A stretch of DNA of 63,790 nt, taken from positions 1 to 63,790 of the forward strand of contig JANOQV010000171.1 in the NCBI GenBank assembly GCA_031414955.1. Direction: 5' to 3'. A program made the position numbers and the translations under genes. This document shows positions 28,508 through 38,393 of this stretch, in pieces. Numbering within the stretch: position 1 is the stretch's first letter; each line of letters begins with the position of its first letter. This stretch comes from Pedosphaera sp. Its GTDB lineage: Bacteria; Verrucomicrobiota; Verrucomicrobiia; Limisphaerales; SIBH01. Below the pieces are notes generated by a model that saw only the letters and a list, made by a program, of their open reading frames with translations, ran no database searches and was not told the origin of the DNA.

Positions 28508-29250
28508 AACCGTTTTGCCTGCCGGTCACGGTGCTTTGTGCCGCCTTGTTCACGGGCTGCGGCCTGAAGGAGGCTGCAGAGAACGAAGCCGAAGCATCGG
28601 GTGAAGAAGTGTCGCTCTACGAGAAAGGCCGGGGCGTGCGCCTGCCGGATGACATGAAACAGCGGCTGAAGGTGGAAACGAGCGAGGTCGCCGAAAAATC
28701 TGTGACGCCCCGGCTCGAAGTCACCGTGCAGATTTTCCGCGCCGCACAAGGGACCATTCCAGCGGCGGGACTGGTCTGGCTGAGTCCCGATCAGACCAAT
28801 GGACTGCACATCGGCCAGCCGGTGCGCGCCGCGAATGGCCTTGAACCGATCGGCATGCTGGCTCAGCTCGCCGGGAACCGCGATGACGCCACCAGCCCGA
28901 TTGAAGCCATCATCGAATTCACGCCTGGGCGATCCAATCTCACCGCCGGCAGCTCGGTGGCGATCGCGCTGGTGACTGCGACTCCACGCACCGTCATGGC
29001 CGTGCCCGACAGCGCGGTGACTCGGGGCGTGGGTGGGGCGTTTGTCTATGCGGCAAACGGCGCGCACTACACGCGCACACCAGTCAAGACCGGTGTCACG
29101 GCGGACGGCTGGGTGGAAATCAAAGATGGGCTTTACGCCGGCGATCTGGTGGTCGCGAAAGCGTCGGAGTCGCTCTGGCTGATTGAACTGTGCGCGCTCA
29201 AAGGCGGCAGTCCGTGCTGCCCGGTGGAGCGAAAGCCGGGAGGGAAATAA
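28504..29250 (+). CDS. Short RND periplasmic adaptor-like lipoprotein (CzcB-like)
   Basis: Lipobox LFTGC; VPDSAV..VKTG..VEIKDGL.AGD.VV membrane-proximal domain; position between OMF and RND. Confidence 0.75.
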   Translation: MKPFCLPVTVLCAALFTGCGLKEAAENEAEASGEEVSLYEKGRGVRLPDDMKQRLKVETSEVAEKSVTPRLEVTVQIFRAAQGTIPAAGLVWLSPDQTNGLHIGQPVRAANGLEPIGMLAQLAGNRDDATSPIEAIIEFTPGRSNLTAGSSVAIALVTATPRTVMAVPDSAVTRGVGGAFVYAANGAHYTRTPVKTGVTADGWVEIKDGLYAGDLVVAKASESLWLIELCALKGGSPCCPVERKPGGK

Positions 29251-29256
29251 GCGCGC

Positions 29257-32200
29257 ATGACAGACAAGATTTTTGAGTTTGCCCTGCGGCAGCGCACGAT
29301 GGTCCTGATCGGAGCGCTGGCCTTGATCGCGATCGGCGTGTGGTCGGCGCTCCGCCTGCCCATCGATGCCGTGCCGGACATCACCAACGTGCAGGTGGTG
29401 ATCAACACCACCGTCCCGGCCCTGTCGCCGGAGGAAGTCGAGCGCCGGGTGAGCTTCCCGATTGAAACGGAGATGACGGGGCTGCCCGGGCTGGAGGAAG
29501 TGCGCTCGCTGTCCAAGTTCGGCCTCTCCCAAGTCACGATGGTGTTCAACGAAGGCACGGACATTTACCGCGCCCGACAACTGGTCTCGGAGCGCCTGCA
29601 AGGGTTGGGCCGGGAACTGCCGGCGGGTGCGCAGCCCCAGCTCGGCCCCATTTCCACCGGCTTGGGCGAGGTTTATTTCTACACGCTCGAGTATCGCGAG
29701 GACGCCACGAACCGGCCGGCCACGCGCCACGCGCAGTTGCAGGCCCTGCGGACCTTGCAGGACTGGACGGTGAAGCCCGCCTTCCGAGCCGTGGCCGGCG
29801 TGGCCGACGTGGAAACGTGCGGCGGCTTCGAGCGCCAGATTGTGATTCAGCCGGAGCCACAGAAGCTTTTCGCCGCCGGGATTTCGTTCGACGAGTTTGC
29901 TGCCGCCATCCGCGAGAACGTGGAGAACGTCGGCGGCGGCCTCATCAGCAAGGGCGGCGAACAGGTCACGGTGCGGACGCTGGGGCGCGTGCAGAGCCTG
30001 GAGGAGATCGGCGCGCTGCCGTTGAAGTTTGGCGGGCGCGTCCAGCCGCTGCTCGTGCGCGACGTGGCGGAGGTCGGCGATGGCTCCGCCTTCCGGAACG
30101 GCGCGGCCACGGTCAACGGCCGCGAGGCGCTGGTGGCCTATGCCCTGATGTTGACCGGCGAGAACAGCCGGCTCGTCGCCCAGCGAGCGCATGAGAAGTT
30201 GATTGAGGTTCAGGCCAAGCTGCCGCCAGGCATTGAAATCCGCGAACTTTACAACCGCAGCGAACTGGTCAACCGCACCATCCGCACGGTGCGCAACAAT
30301 CTGCTCGAAGGCGCGGTGCTGGTCATCGCGGTCCTTTTCGCGCTGCTGGGGAACTGGCGCGCGGCGCTGATTGTCGCCTCGGCCATCCCGCTCTCGATGC
30401 TCTTTGCCATCACCGGCATGGTGCGCGCGCAAGTCGCGGGCAGCTTGATGAGCCTCGGCGCGGTGGACTTCGGATTGATCGTGGACGGCGCCGTGGTCAT
30501 CGCCGAAAACGCGGCGCGTCTCGTCGCCCTGCGCCAGCGATCCCTGGGCCGGGCCTTGAATCGCGAGGAACGGCTCGGCACCGTGCTGGAAGCCTGCAAG
30601 CAGGTCGGCAGTCCAATGGTCTTTGGCGTGGTCATCATCACCATTGTTTACGTGCCCCTGCTCGCGCTGTCCGGCACCGAGGGGAAAATGTTCCGGCCCA
30701 TGGCCATCACGGTCATCATCGCGCTGATCGGTTCATTGCTCCTGGCGCTGACGTTGATCCCCGTGCTCTGCGCCTGGTTCCTGGGCCGAAGCGCGGCGCG
30801 GAAAGACACCGCAGAACACGACGTGGAAGACACCTGGCTGATGCGCGGCTTCAAGCGTCTCTATCGTCCGCTGCTCATGTGGGGGTTGCGCCATCGACTC
30901 GCGTTGGTGGTGCTGACACTCGGCGTGCTGGGCGGCAGCGTGGCGCTCTACCAAAAGCTGGGCGCGGAATTTGTGCCGCAACTCGACGAAGGCTCGCTCA
31001 TCGTGCAAATCGTCGGCCCGACCAGCGCCAGCCTCGACAGTTCGCTGGCCAGCCAGTTGCGGGCCGAGGAAGTCATCCTCAAGGAGTTCCCGGAAATCAC
31101 CTCCGTATTCTCGCGCATCGGCACGCCGGAAATCGGCACCGATCCGATGGGCGCAAATCTTTCCGACACGTTTCTTGCGCTCGCGCCGGCCTCGAGCTGG
31201 CGGAAGGTCGAGGGCCGGCCCATCACGAAGGACGAGTTGATTGATCTCATCACGCGGACGCTGCAATCGCGCGTGCCGGGCCTGCAATACCTGTTCACCC
31301 AGCCGATCGAGATGCGCTTCAACGAGATGCTGGAGGGCGCGCGCTCCGACATCGCGGTGAAAATCTATGGTGAGGATTTCCCGGAACTCCAGCGCCTGGC
31401 CAATGAGACGCGCGCGCTTCTGGAAAAGGTTCCCGGCACGGCCGAGATCGAACTGGACAGCGATAACCTTGGAACCGCGCCGGTGCTGGAAATCATCCCC
31501 GACCGTGAGGCGATGCGCCGCCACAACGTCCACGCCGCCGAACTCAACGCGACGGTGGGCACCGCGCTCGGCGGTGAAACGGTGGGCACGTTCCATGAGG
31601 GCAACCGGCGCTTCGATCTGGTCGTGCGCCTGTCCGAGACCAACCGCGCGCAATTCGATCAACTCGCACGGCTGCCCGTGCGCGTGGGCGAATCAGGACT
31701 GCTCCCGCTCGGCAAACTCGCCAAGACCGAACTGCGCGATCAGGTGAATATGATCGAGCGCGAAGGCGCCCGGCGACGGGTCGGCATCGAGGTGAACCTG
31801 CGCGGGCGCGACATCGCCAGTTGGGCGGAGGAAGCGCAGTCCCGGTTGGGCGTTCTCAAACTGCAACCAGGTTACGAAATCGAGTTCGGCGGACAATTCC
31901 GCCAGTTGGTGGCCGCGCGCGAGCGGTTGATGCTCATCGTTCCGATGGCGCTGGTGTTGATCTTCATGCTCATCTACGCGGCGTTTGGCTCCGCGCGCCA
32001 GGCTTTGCTGGTGTTCGCCTGCGTGCCGCTGGCCATGACCGGCGGCGTGGCCGCGCTTTGGCTGCGCGACATGCCCTTCAGCATCACGGCCGCCGTTGGT
32101 TTCATCGCCCTCAGCGGCATCGCCGTGCTCAATGGCATCATGATCCTCACCTTCATCAACCAGCTCCGCGCCGAGGGCCGCAGCCTGCGCGACGCGGTGG

Positions 32201-32448
32201 TCGAAGGCTCGCTCACGCGCCTGCGCCCGAAGCTGATGACCGCGCTCGTGGCCAGCCTCGGCTTCGTACCCATGGCGCTGGCCACCGGGCCGGGCGCGGA
32301 AGTGCAGCGTCCGCTGGCCACGGTGGTCATCGGCGGCATCATTTCCTCCACCTTCCTGACGCTCGTTTTGCTGCCCGTGCTGTATGAGTGGGTAGAGGGA
32401 CGAAGGAAAAATGCACATGGTCCTGAAGCTGGCGGCCCATCAAAATAG
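29257..32448 (+). CDS. CusA/CzcA family heavy-metal efflux RND transporter
   Basis: LPIDAVPDITNVQV, DFGLIVDGAVVIAEN, RLRP.LMTA, GAEVQRPLATVVIGG. Confidence 0.95.
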   Translation: MTDKIFEFALRQRTMVLIGALALIAIGVWSALRLPIDAVPDITNVQVVINTTVPALSPEEVERRVSFPIETEMTGLPGLEEVRSLSKFGLSQVTMVFNEGTDIYRARQLVSERLQGLGRELPAGAQPQLGPISTGLGEVYFYTLEYREDATNRPATRHAQLQALRTLQDWTVKPAFRAVAGVADVETCGGFERQIVIQPEPQKLFAAGISFDEFAAAIRENVENVGGGLISKGGEQVTVRTLGRVQSLEEIGALPLKFGGRVQPLLVRDVAEVGDGSAFRNGAATVNGREALVAYALMLTGENSRLVAQRAHEKLIEVQAKLPPGIEIRELYNRSELVNRTIRTVRNNLLEGAVLVIAVLFALLGNWRAALIVASAIPLSMLFAITGMVRAQVAGSLMSLGAVDFGLIVDGAVVIAENAARLVALRQRSLGRALNREERLGTVLEACKQVGSPMVFGVVIITIVYVPLLALSGTEGKMFRPMAITVIIALIGSLLLALTLIPVLCAWFLGRSAARKDTAEHDVEDTWLMRGFKRLYRPLLMWGLRHRLALVVLTLGVLGGSVALYQKLGAEFVPQLDEGSLIVQIVGPTSASLDSSLASQLRAEEVILKEFPEITSVFSRIGTPEIGTDPMGANLSDTFLALAPASSWRKVEGRPITKDELIDLITRTLQSRVPGLQYLFTQPIEMRFNEMLEGARSDIAVKIYGEDFPELQRLANETRALLEKVPGTAEIELDSDNLGTAPVLEIIPDREAMRRHNVHAAELNATVGTALGGETVGTFHEGNRRFDLVVRLSETNRAQFDQLARLPVRVGESGLLPLGKLAKTELRDQVNMIEREGARRRVGIEVNLRGRDIASWAEEAQSRLGVLKLQPGYEIEFGGQFRQLVAARERLMLIVPMALVLIFMLIYAAFGSARQALLVFACVPLAMTGGVAALWLRDMPFSITAAVGFIALSGIAVLNGIMILTFINQLRAEGRSLRDAVVEGSLTRLRPKLMTALVASLGFVPMALATGPGAEVQRPLATVVIGGIISSTFLTLVLLPVLYEWVEGRRKNAHGPEAGGPSK

Positions 32449-32458
32449 GAATTCATGA

Positions 32459-32579
32459 GACCCATTTTCAAACCCTCCCGGAACGCGGTAGCCGCCGACG
32501 TGAGGAGGCGGATTCCCTCGGTTGCCAGCCAGTCCGCCTCCACACGTCGGCGGCTACGTCGGGGTTTTGTAATTGGCTC
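32459..32579. mobile_element. Degenerate MITE-like element carrying a GTAG-type REP doublet
   Basis: Imperfect terminal IRs; inner IR GTAGCCGCCGACGTG..AGGCGGA (32488-32512)/TCCGCCT..CACGTCGGCGGCTAC (32533-32557); ATGA directly repeated on both flanks. Confidence 0.6.
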
Positions 32580-33383
32580 ATGAGACTCATCGCCCTCATC
32601 GCCGGGTGCCTGCTAACCACGCTGACGGCTCACGCGCACGGCATCTCCGACGCGGACAAGCAAGGCATCCTGGAAGGCGGCAATTTCGAGTACCTCAAGC
32701 TCGGCGCGACCCACATGCTGACGGGCTACGATCATCTGCTGTTCCTGTTTGGCGTGATGTTCTTCCTGACCCGGCTCCGGGACGTGGTGAAATTCATCAC
32801 GGCGTTCACGCTGGGCCATTGCCTCACGCTGGTCTTCGCCACGCTGCTGCACATCCAGGCGAACTATTATCTCGTGGATGCGGTGATCGCGCTCACCGTC
32901 TGTTACAAGGCGTTCGACAATCTCGACGGGTTTAAGAAATACATCGGAGTCCAGCCGCCGAACCTGCTCGCGGCGGTGTTTGTGTTCGGATTGATTCACG
33001 GCTTCGGACTTTCCGCGCGCCTACAAACGCTGCCGCTCGGCCAGGAAGGTCTGGTGCTGCGGATTCTCTCGTTCAACCTCGGCGTGGAGCTGGGCCAGAT
33101 CGCGGCGCTGTCCGTGATGTGGATCGTGCTGGCGGGCTGGCGCAAGACGACCTCGTTCCTGAAGTTCAGCAAGGTCGCGAACGCCGCGCTGATGTTCGCC
33201 GGGCTGCTCCTGCTCCTGATGCAACTGCACGGCTACCAGCACAGCCGGTTTGCGGAAGAATTTCCGCTGAACAAGGACGAGCACTTTGAACTGCATCAAA
33301 AGATGGAGAGTAACCGCGACCCTGGAGCGGACGCAGAGATCGGCTCGACCACGAATGTTCCACCACTCAACGAAACACGATAA
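32580..33383 (+). CDS. HupE/UreJ family metal-binding membrane protein
   Basis: AHAH, G..HMLTGYDHLLFL, FT.GH..TL, FGLIHGFG, FNLGVELGQ. Confidence 0.9.
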   Translation: MRLIALIAGCLLTTLTAHAHGISDADKQGILEGGNFEYLKLGATHMLTGYDHLLFLFGVMFFLTRLRDVVKFITAFTLGHCLTLVFATLLHIQANYYLVDAVIALTVCYKAFDNLDGFKKYIGVQPPNLLAAVFVFGLIHGFGLSARLQTLPLGQEGLVLRILSFNLGVELGQIAALSVMWIVLAGWRKTTSFLKFSKVANAALMFAGLLLLLMQLHGYQHSRFAEEFPLNKDEHFELHQKMESNRDPGADAEIGSTTNVPPLNETR

Positions 33384-33410
33384 CCAGCCGACCAATCAAA
33401 AGACCGAATT

Positions 33411-33866
33411 ATGAAAAACACCACGCTCATGGCGATGCGCCTTCTGGCCTGCCTCGCTCTCACCGCCACGCCCATTCTGGCGCAGGACAAGACGCCTGCT
33501 CCCGTCACGGGTGGCGGTGGTCACAGTCACTTCACCAAGATCCCCGCGACGGTGCCGGAGATTTGGAAGGAGATTCACAAACAGCAGGCGGAACTGATCA
33601 GCACCGTGGCCAAGAAAGATTTGGGCGAGGCGCATGATCATGCCTTTGCCATTCGCGATCTCGTGAAGGCGTTGCCCGCCAAAGTTACCGCCGAGTTCAA
33701 AGCCAAAGCCGACGCCGGCGCGAAAGAAATCACCATGCTCGCCGCCGCCATCGATAAGTCCGGCGCGGCCGGCGCGCAGAAGGCCACCGAAGCGAACGTG
33801 AAGAAAATGGGCGAGGCCATCCTGGCTCTTCAAACCAAACTCCAGTCCGCCGAAGTCAAAAAGTAA
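33411..33866 (+). CDS. Secreted helical protein with His motifs (putative metal binding)
   Basis: Signal peptide; HSH, AHDHAFAIRD. Confidence 0.7.
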   Translation: MKNTTLMAMRLLACLALTATPILAQDKTPAPVTGGGGHSHFTKIPATVPEIWKEIHKQQAELISTVAKKDLGEAHDHAFAIRDLVKALPAKVTAEFKAKADAGAKEITMLAAAIDKSGAAGAQKATEANVKKMGEAILALQTKLQSAEVKK

Positions 33867-33887
33867 GAACCTCAAATCAGCCGGCAC

Positions 33888-34331
33888 ATGAAAACATTAT
33901 TGAAACTGTTCGTCCTCGTCGGCGCGCTCTGGGCCGGGTTGCTTGGCGTGAAGGCCGCGGAAAAGGTCGTAGGTGGACCCAAGGGCGGACGCCTGTTGGA
34001 AAAGACCGAGCCGCGCGCCGAGTTTTTCGTGGAGAAGGACAAGACCGTGACGGTGACGTTCTATGGCGCCGCGTTGAAACCGGTCCCGGTGGCCGCGCAA
34101 TCCATGACCGCCATCGCCGAAGCCAAAGGCGGCAAAGCCACGATCGAGTTTGAGAAGAAAGGTGACGTGCTCGTGAGCAAGACGAAACTGCCCGAAGGCG
34201 ACGGCTACAATCTCGTCGTGCAGTTCAAACAGAACGCCACGGCCAGACCGCAAAACTTCCGCTTCAGTCTGGACACGCACACCTGCGGCGGTTGCCAGCG
34301 CGCCGAGTACGCCTGCACCTGCGGTCACTGA
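33888..34331 (+). CDS. Secreted protein with C-terminal CxxC..CxC-H motif
   Basis: Signal peptide; GPKGGRLLE; HTCGGCQRAEYACTCGH. Confidence 0.75.
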   Translation: MKTLLKLFVLVGALWAGLLGVKAAEKVVGGPKGGRLLEKTEPRAEFFVEKDKTVTVTFYGAALKPVPVAAQSMTAIAEAKGGKATIEFEKKGDVLVSKTKLPEGDGYNLVVQFKQNATARPQNFRFSLDTHTCGGCQRAEYACTCGH

Positions 34332-34358
34332 CGGCTTGTCGCTTCGGGTGGTGCGCAT

Positions 34359-34520
34359 GGGCGCATCTTGACACTGTTCTTGGATCGCGGCCTTCAGGCC
34401 GCTTCAGCGTCCAAGCGGGCGATGACGGATCGATTGACCAGCAGGCTTACGAACGGTGAAGCGGCGTAAACGCCGCGCTCCGCACTGGTTGGCAAACAAG
34501 AACAGTGTCAAGATGCACCC
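34359..34520. mobile_element. MITE with ISKra4-like ends, 9-bp target duplication and internal REP doublet
   Basis: 24-bp TIR GGG(C/T)GCATCTTGACACTGTTCTTG; TSD GGTGCGCAT at 34350-34358 and 34521-34529; TIR matches IS end at 62659. Confidence 0.92.
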
Positions 34521-34586
34521 GGTGCGCATCACGCCTGGAAAGACCGCTTGCGTTCACCGGGTTCTTCTGAAAATTTCTCGCCCCTT

Positions 34587-35675
34587 ATGGCGCACGTTAA
34601 ATTGCACATTCCCGGACCGGTTGAAGTCAGCGACAAGACCTTTCAGGCCTTCCGTTCGCCGATGATCGGCCACCGCGGCCAGGGTTTCAAAGATCTCTAC
34701 GCGAAGATGCAACCGCAGCTCCAGCAACTGCTCTTCACCAAGCAACTGGTTTACCTGAGCACGTCCTCGGCGTGGGGCGTGATGGAAGGGGCCATCCGCA
34801 ATCTCGTCACGAAGAAGGTGCTCAACTGCATGTGCGGCGCGTTCTCGGACAAGTGGCTCGAGGTCTCGAAGCGGTGCGGCAAGGAGGCCGAGGGGCTGCA
34901 AGCGGAGTGGGGCTCGCCCATCCGCGCCGAGGCCATCGACCAGAAGCTGGCCACCGGCCAGTTCGACGCGCTGACGTTGATCCACAACGAAACCTCGACT
35001 GGCACCATGAGTCCGCTGGCCGAGATCGCCGCGCTGAAGAAGAAGTATCCGGACGTGATGTTCATCGTGGACGCGGTCAGCTCGATGACGGCGACGAAGA
35101 TGGAGTTCGACGCGCTGGGCATCGACGTGTTGCTGGCCGGAACGCAGAAGGCCTTCGCGCTCCCGCCTGGACTGGCGGTCTTCGTCTGCTCGCCGGCGGC
35201 GCTGGCCAAGGCGGCGACGATGAAGGATCGCGGCTATTACTTCGACTTCGTGGAGTTCCAGAAGAACGCCGAGGGCAGCATGACCCCGAGCACGCCGAGC
35301 ATCGGCCACATTTACGCGCTGGCCTCGAAGCTGGATGACTTCTTCAGCGAAGGACTGGAAGCGCGTTTCGCTCGGCACCTCAAGCTGGCCAACCTGACTC
35401 GCGCCTGGGCGGCGAAGCACGGCTTCACACTCTTCCCCGAGCCGGGCTTTGAATCGGTCACGCTCACCTGCGTGAACAACGGGGCCAAGCCGGGTGGCCG
35501 CACCGTGGACGTGGCCAAGCTGCAAAAGCTGGTCAAGGATCAGGGCTTCCTGATCGATGGCGGCTACGGGAAGATCAAAGGCACCACCTTCCGCGTCTCG
35601 AACATGGGCGACGAGACGGAAGCCAGCATGAACATGCTTTACGCCGCGATGGATCAGGCGATGGCGCAGTTGTAA
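34587..35675 (+). CDS. Class V PLP-dependent aminotransferase (alanine-glyoxylate/serine-pyruvate family)
   Basis: IPGPV, HNETSTG, VDAVSS, GTQKAFALPPGL, TPSTP. Confidence 0.92.
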   Translation: MAHVKLHIPGPVEVSDKTFQAFRSPMIGHRGQGFKDLYAKMQPQLQQLLFTKQLVYLSTSSAWGVMEGAIRNLVTKKVLNCMCGAFSDKWLEVSKRCGKEAEGLQAEWGSPIRAEAIDQKLATGQFDALTLIHNETSTGTMSPLAEIAALKKKYPDVMFIVDAVSSMTATKMEFDALGIDVLLAGTQKAFALPPGLAVFVCSPAALAKAATMKDRGYYFDFVEFQKNAEGSMTPSTPSIGHIYALASKLDDFFSEGLEARFARHLKLANLTRAWAAKHGFTLFPEPGFESVTLTCVNNGAKPGGRTVDVAKLQKLVKDQGFLIDGGYGKIKGTTFRVSNMGDETEASMNMLYAAMDQAMAQL

Positions 35676-35819
35676 GGGCGGGGCTGCGGTTGCGCTGTGG
35701 AACCCACTCGCGGGCATCCTCCGTCTTGGAGCTCGGACTACGGCCCGCCGGTCAATTGCAAGCGTCCGCCCCATCGCCGCAGATAATCGAGGCCGAGAAC
35801 CCCGCCCTGAGTAGGTCCT

Positions 35820-37181
35820 TCAATCCACCAGTCGCGCGCGATAGAAGCGGCGTTGAAAATTCGCGACCGGATCGGTGAGAGGAACGGGACTGGTAGAGTT
35901 CGTCACGGTGAGAAGAATAGTCCAGTCCAAGAGATTCGTGGACGCTTGGATTTCAAAACTGCGGTTGGCCGGGTTTTGCACGATGAAACTCAACTGACCA
36001 TTGGTGCGCGTTATCGAACCAACGGCGAGCGTCAAGGCCGGCTGGATGGTTCCGTCACCGAGCACCACGAATCCATGCACGCGGCAGCGGGCGAACGGTT
36101 GGTCATAGCAAGGTGGTTCTAAGCAAACCGCCATCGGATTCGCGGGCAATATCTCGTAGCTCGTATTCGTGAAATCCACTTGGATCCAACTCTGCGGCGC
36201 GAGGCGGTTCGTATCCGACGGACAGTAGAGCAGAATGGGCCAGCCGAAGATCGCGTAGCCGATGTCGTTGGTCATCTCGCCCAAGTGCGACGGCAGGATT
36301 TCCGCGTGGTCTTGCGCCCACATTCCCGCCGCGATGGAAATCATTTTGAGACGATTCCGGCACTGTATCTCGGCCAGCGGAAGGCGTGTCGTCGGTGGTG
36401 GAACTTGCAGCCGCCGCGCCGGGGTCTTCGCCGTGCCTAGCGCATTGCTGATAGTGACACTGTAAAAACCGGCATCATTGGTGACCGTGCTTGCGATCTC
36501 GAAGACCGCATTCGTCGCTCCCGGAATGGGAGTGTTGGTCCCGACGAGGATGTTTTGCCAATACCCTTCACCCGTCTCGTAATTGGTCACCGCGAAGATC
36601 ACATTCGTGCGCCAGTACGGGTCTTCGCGGTTCCACTGGAGGCGGATTGGGAAAGCAGCATTCGTGAGCACGAACTCAAAGCGAACCAGGGAGCCGGTGG
36701 AGGCGTATTGCCTGAGGGGCGGGGCCAGAATGCGAGGCCATCCAGGACGGAAGCCGAAAATCAAATCTACAGAACCATCAATTCGCCCGCCGTTGCGGTG
36801 AATCTTGCACTGGCAAAACACGGTCGCCGGGTCCGACTGGTTCGTCGGAGTGATCCACGAGTAGTCGATGGCCTCCCAAACAAAGCTGTTCCAATTCGTC
36901 GAGGCCGGCTCCCGCCGATAATGAGAAGGACAAAACAACGCGGACGCTGTGCCGAGTTCGTTCGTCAGCACGGAAAAACCGGACGGCCACTCGCCGCCAT
37001 TTTCAATCTGCCAGAGGCGCGCGGCCAAACCGATCATCCGCATTTGTCTCGTGCAATTGATCGATTCCGCCGCCTCATGCGCCAGCCAAAGCACATCGGG
37101 ACTCGGCATGGTCTGACTGCGGCCTGCCGCCACGAACAGCAAGTGAAGCAACAGCCAGATGAATCGGCGACCAGTGGTCAT
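35820..37181 (-). CDS. Secreted protein: two pseudopilin-associated (DUF1559/H-X9-DG-like) domains, Ig domain, STNL..W/FYR C-terminal domain
   Basis: Duplicated C...MI..AA..W...CPS...C.(I/V)H......DG(S/T) unit; DAGFYSV.ISN..G Ig motif; QASTNLLDW..RFYRARL. Confidence 0.65.
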   Translation of the reverse strand: MTTGRRFIWLLLHLLFVAAGRSQTMPSPDVLWLAHEAAESINCTRQMRMIGLAARLWQIENGGEWPSGFSVLTNELGTASALFCPSHYRREPASTNWNSFVWEAIDYSWITPTNQSDPATVFCQCKIHRNGGRIDGSVDLIFGFRPGWPRILAPPLRQYASTGSLVRFEFVLTNAAFPIRLQWNREDPYWRTNVIFAVTNYETGEGYWQNILVGTNTPIPGATNAVFEIASTVTNDAGFYSVTISNALGTAKTPARRLQVPPPTTRLPLAEIQCRNRLKMISIAAGMWAQDHAEILPSHLGEMTNDIGYAIFGWPILLYCPSDTNRLAPQSWIQVDFTNTSYEILPANPMAVCLEPPCYDQPFARCRVHGFVVLGDGTIQPALTLAVGSITRTNGQLSFIVQNPANRSFEIQASTNLLDWTILLTVTNSTSPVPLTDPVANFQRRFYRARLVD

Positions 37182-37238
37182 TGATGCTCGAAGCCTCGTC
37201 GATGAATGACGGAACACAAGCGGGCAGATTTTCATCCA

Positions 37239-38048
37239 TCACGCCTGCGGCACCTTGAACTTCGGCGACTGCGCCATGAAGCGCGCGGGATTTTGGAAGA
37301 CCATCTGGTCGATCTGCTCGGCGAGGTAGCCGCGACGGCGCATCTCCAGCGCGGCGTAGGGCACGGCCAGCGGCACGCTCACGCCCCAGTCGCAGGCGCT
37401 GTTCATCCATACGCGCTCGCCGCCGTAGTTCTCGATCATGTCGATGGCGCGGGCAGCGGTGCATTTGCTTTCGGGATAAAGCGTCATGCCCGCCCAGAAA
37501 CCGGCGTCGAGCGCCACGTCGATGGTGTGTTCCTCGACGTGATCGATGATGACGCGCTCGGGCCGGATTCGCTGGTCGTTCTTGAGCGCGTCCACGATCA
37601 GGCGCGTGCCCTTGAGCTTGTCTTCGAGGTGCGGCGTGTGGACGAGGATGAGCTGGTTGTGCTGTGCCGCCACGTCGATGTGCATTTCGAGCACCTTCAA
37701 TTCATTGCGCGAATTCTTGTTCAGCCCAATCTCGCCGATGCCGAGCACGTTGGGCTTGTCGATGAACTGGGGAATGATTCCGATGACTTCCTCGGCCAGG
37801 TTCACGTCCTCGGATTCCTTGGGGTTGATGCACAGCCAGGTGTAATGCGGCAGGCCGAACTTGGCCGCGCGCTTCGGCTCGTGGTCCGTGAGCTGGCAGA
37901 AGTAATCGTAGAAGCCCTGCACCGAGCTGCGGTCGAAGCCCGCCCAGAAGGCCGGCTCGCACACCGCCGCGCATCCGGCGGTGACCATGTCGCGATAATC
38001 ATCCGTGGTCCGGCTGACCATGTGTCCGTGAGGTTCGATGTAGCGCAT
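37239..38048 (-). CDS. TatD family hydrolase (EboB-like)
   Basis: EPHGHM.SRTTDDY, GIGEIGL, VHTPH, IDH, NSACDWG. Confidence 0.88.
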   Translation of the reverse strand: MRYIEPHGHMVSRTTDDYRDMVTAGCAAVCEPAFWAGFDRSSVQGFYDYFCQLTDHEPKRAAKFGLPHYTWLCINPKESEDVNLAEEVIGIIPQFIDKPNVLGIGEIGLNKNSRNELKVLEMHIDVAAQHNQLILVHTPHLEDKLKGTRLIVDALKNDQRIRPERVIIDHVEEHTIDVALDAGFWAGMTLYPESKCTAARAIDMIENYGGERVWMNSACDWGVSVPLAVPYAALEMRRRGYLAEQIDQMVFQNPARFMAQSPKFKVPQA

Positions 38049-38068
38049 GATTGGTCCAAAGTTGTGGG

Positions 38069-38335
38069 TTACTTCGTGCCCGGCCACGCGCCGCAGGCCG
38101 CCTTGGTGGTGGCGGCGGGAATGGGCTCGCTGGTCGGATCGCTCAAGGACAGCAACACACTGCGGGCGCGCTGGGCATGGCCGGCCCCAAGCTGCTTGAG
38201 CGCCTCGGAAAATCCAGCCAGCCGGAAGTCAGCCTCGCCGTCGGCGCGCTCCACCCGATCGAGGAACGCCGCCAGGTCGATCAACTTCGCGCGCGACTCC
38301 ATGAAGTAGAGATCGAGAACTTGTTGCCGTGTCAT
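38069..38335 (-). CDS. Conserved hypothetical protein
   Basis: [25 protein letters not shown]; co-oriented with TatD gene. Confidence 0.75.
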   Translation of the reverse strand: MTRQQVLDLYFMESRAKLIDLAAFLDRVERADGEADFRLAGFSEALKQLGAGHAQRARSVLLSLSDPTSEPIPAATTKAACGAWPGTK

Positions 38336-38393
38336 GTCACGACGCTAAATCCAGAACCGCTGCCGCACAAAAGAAAAACCTGCGCTCTTCCCG

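Noticed and set aside
37239..38335. Possible ebo operon
   Set aside because: Only the TatD/EboB-like gene and one small gene are present; no other ebo components seen
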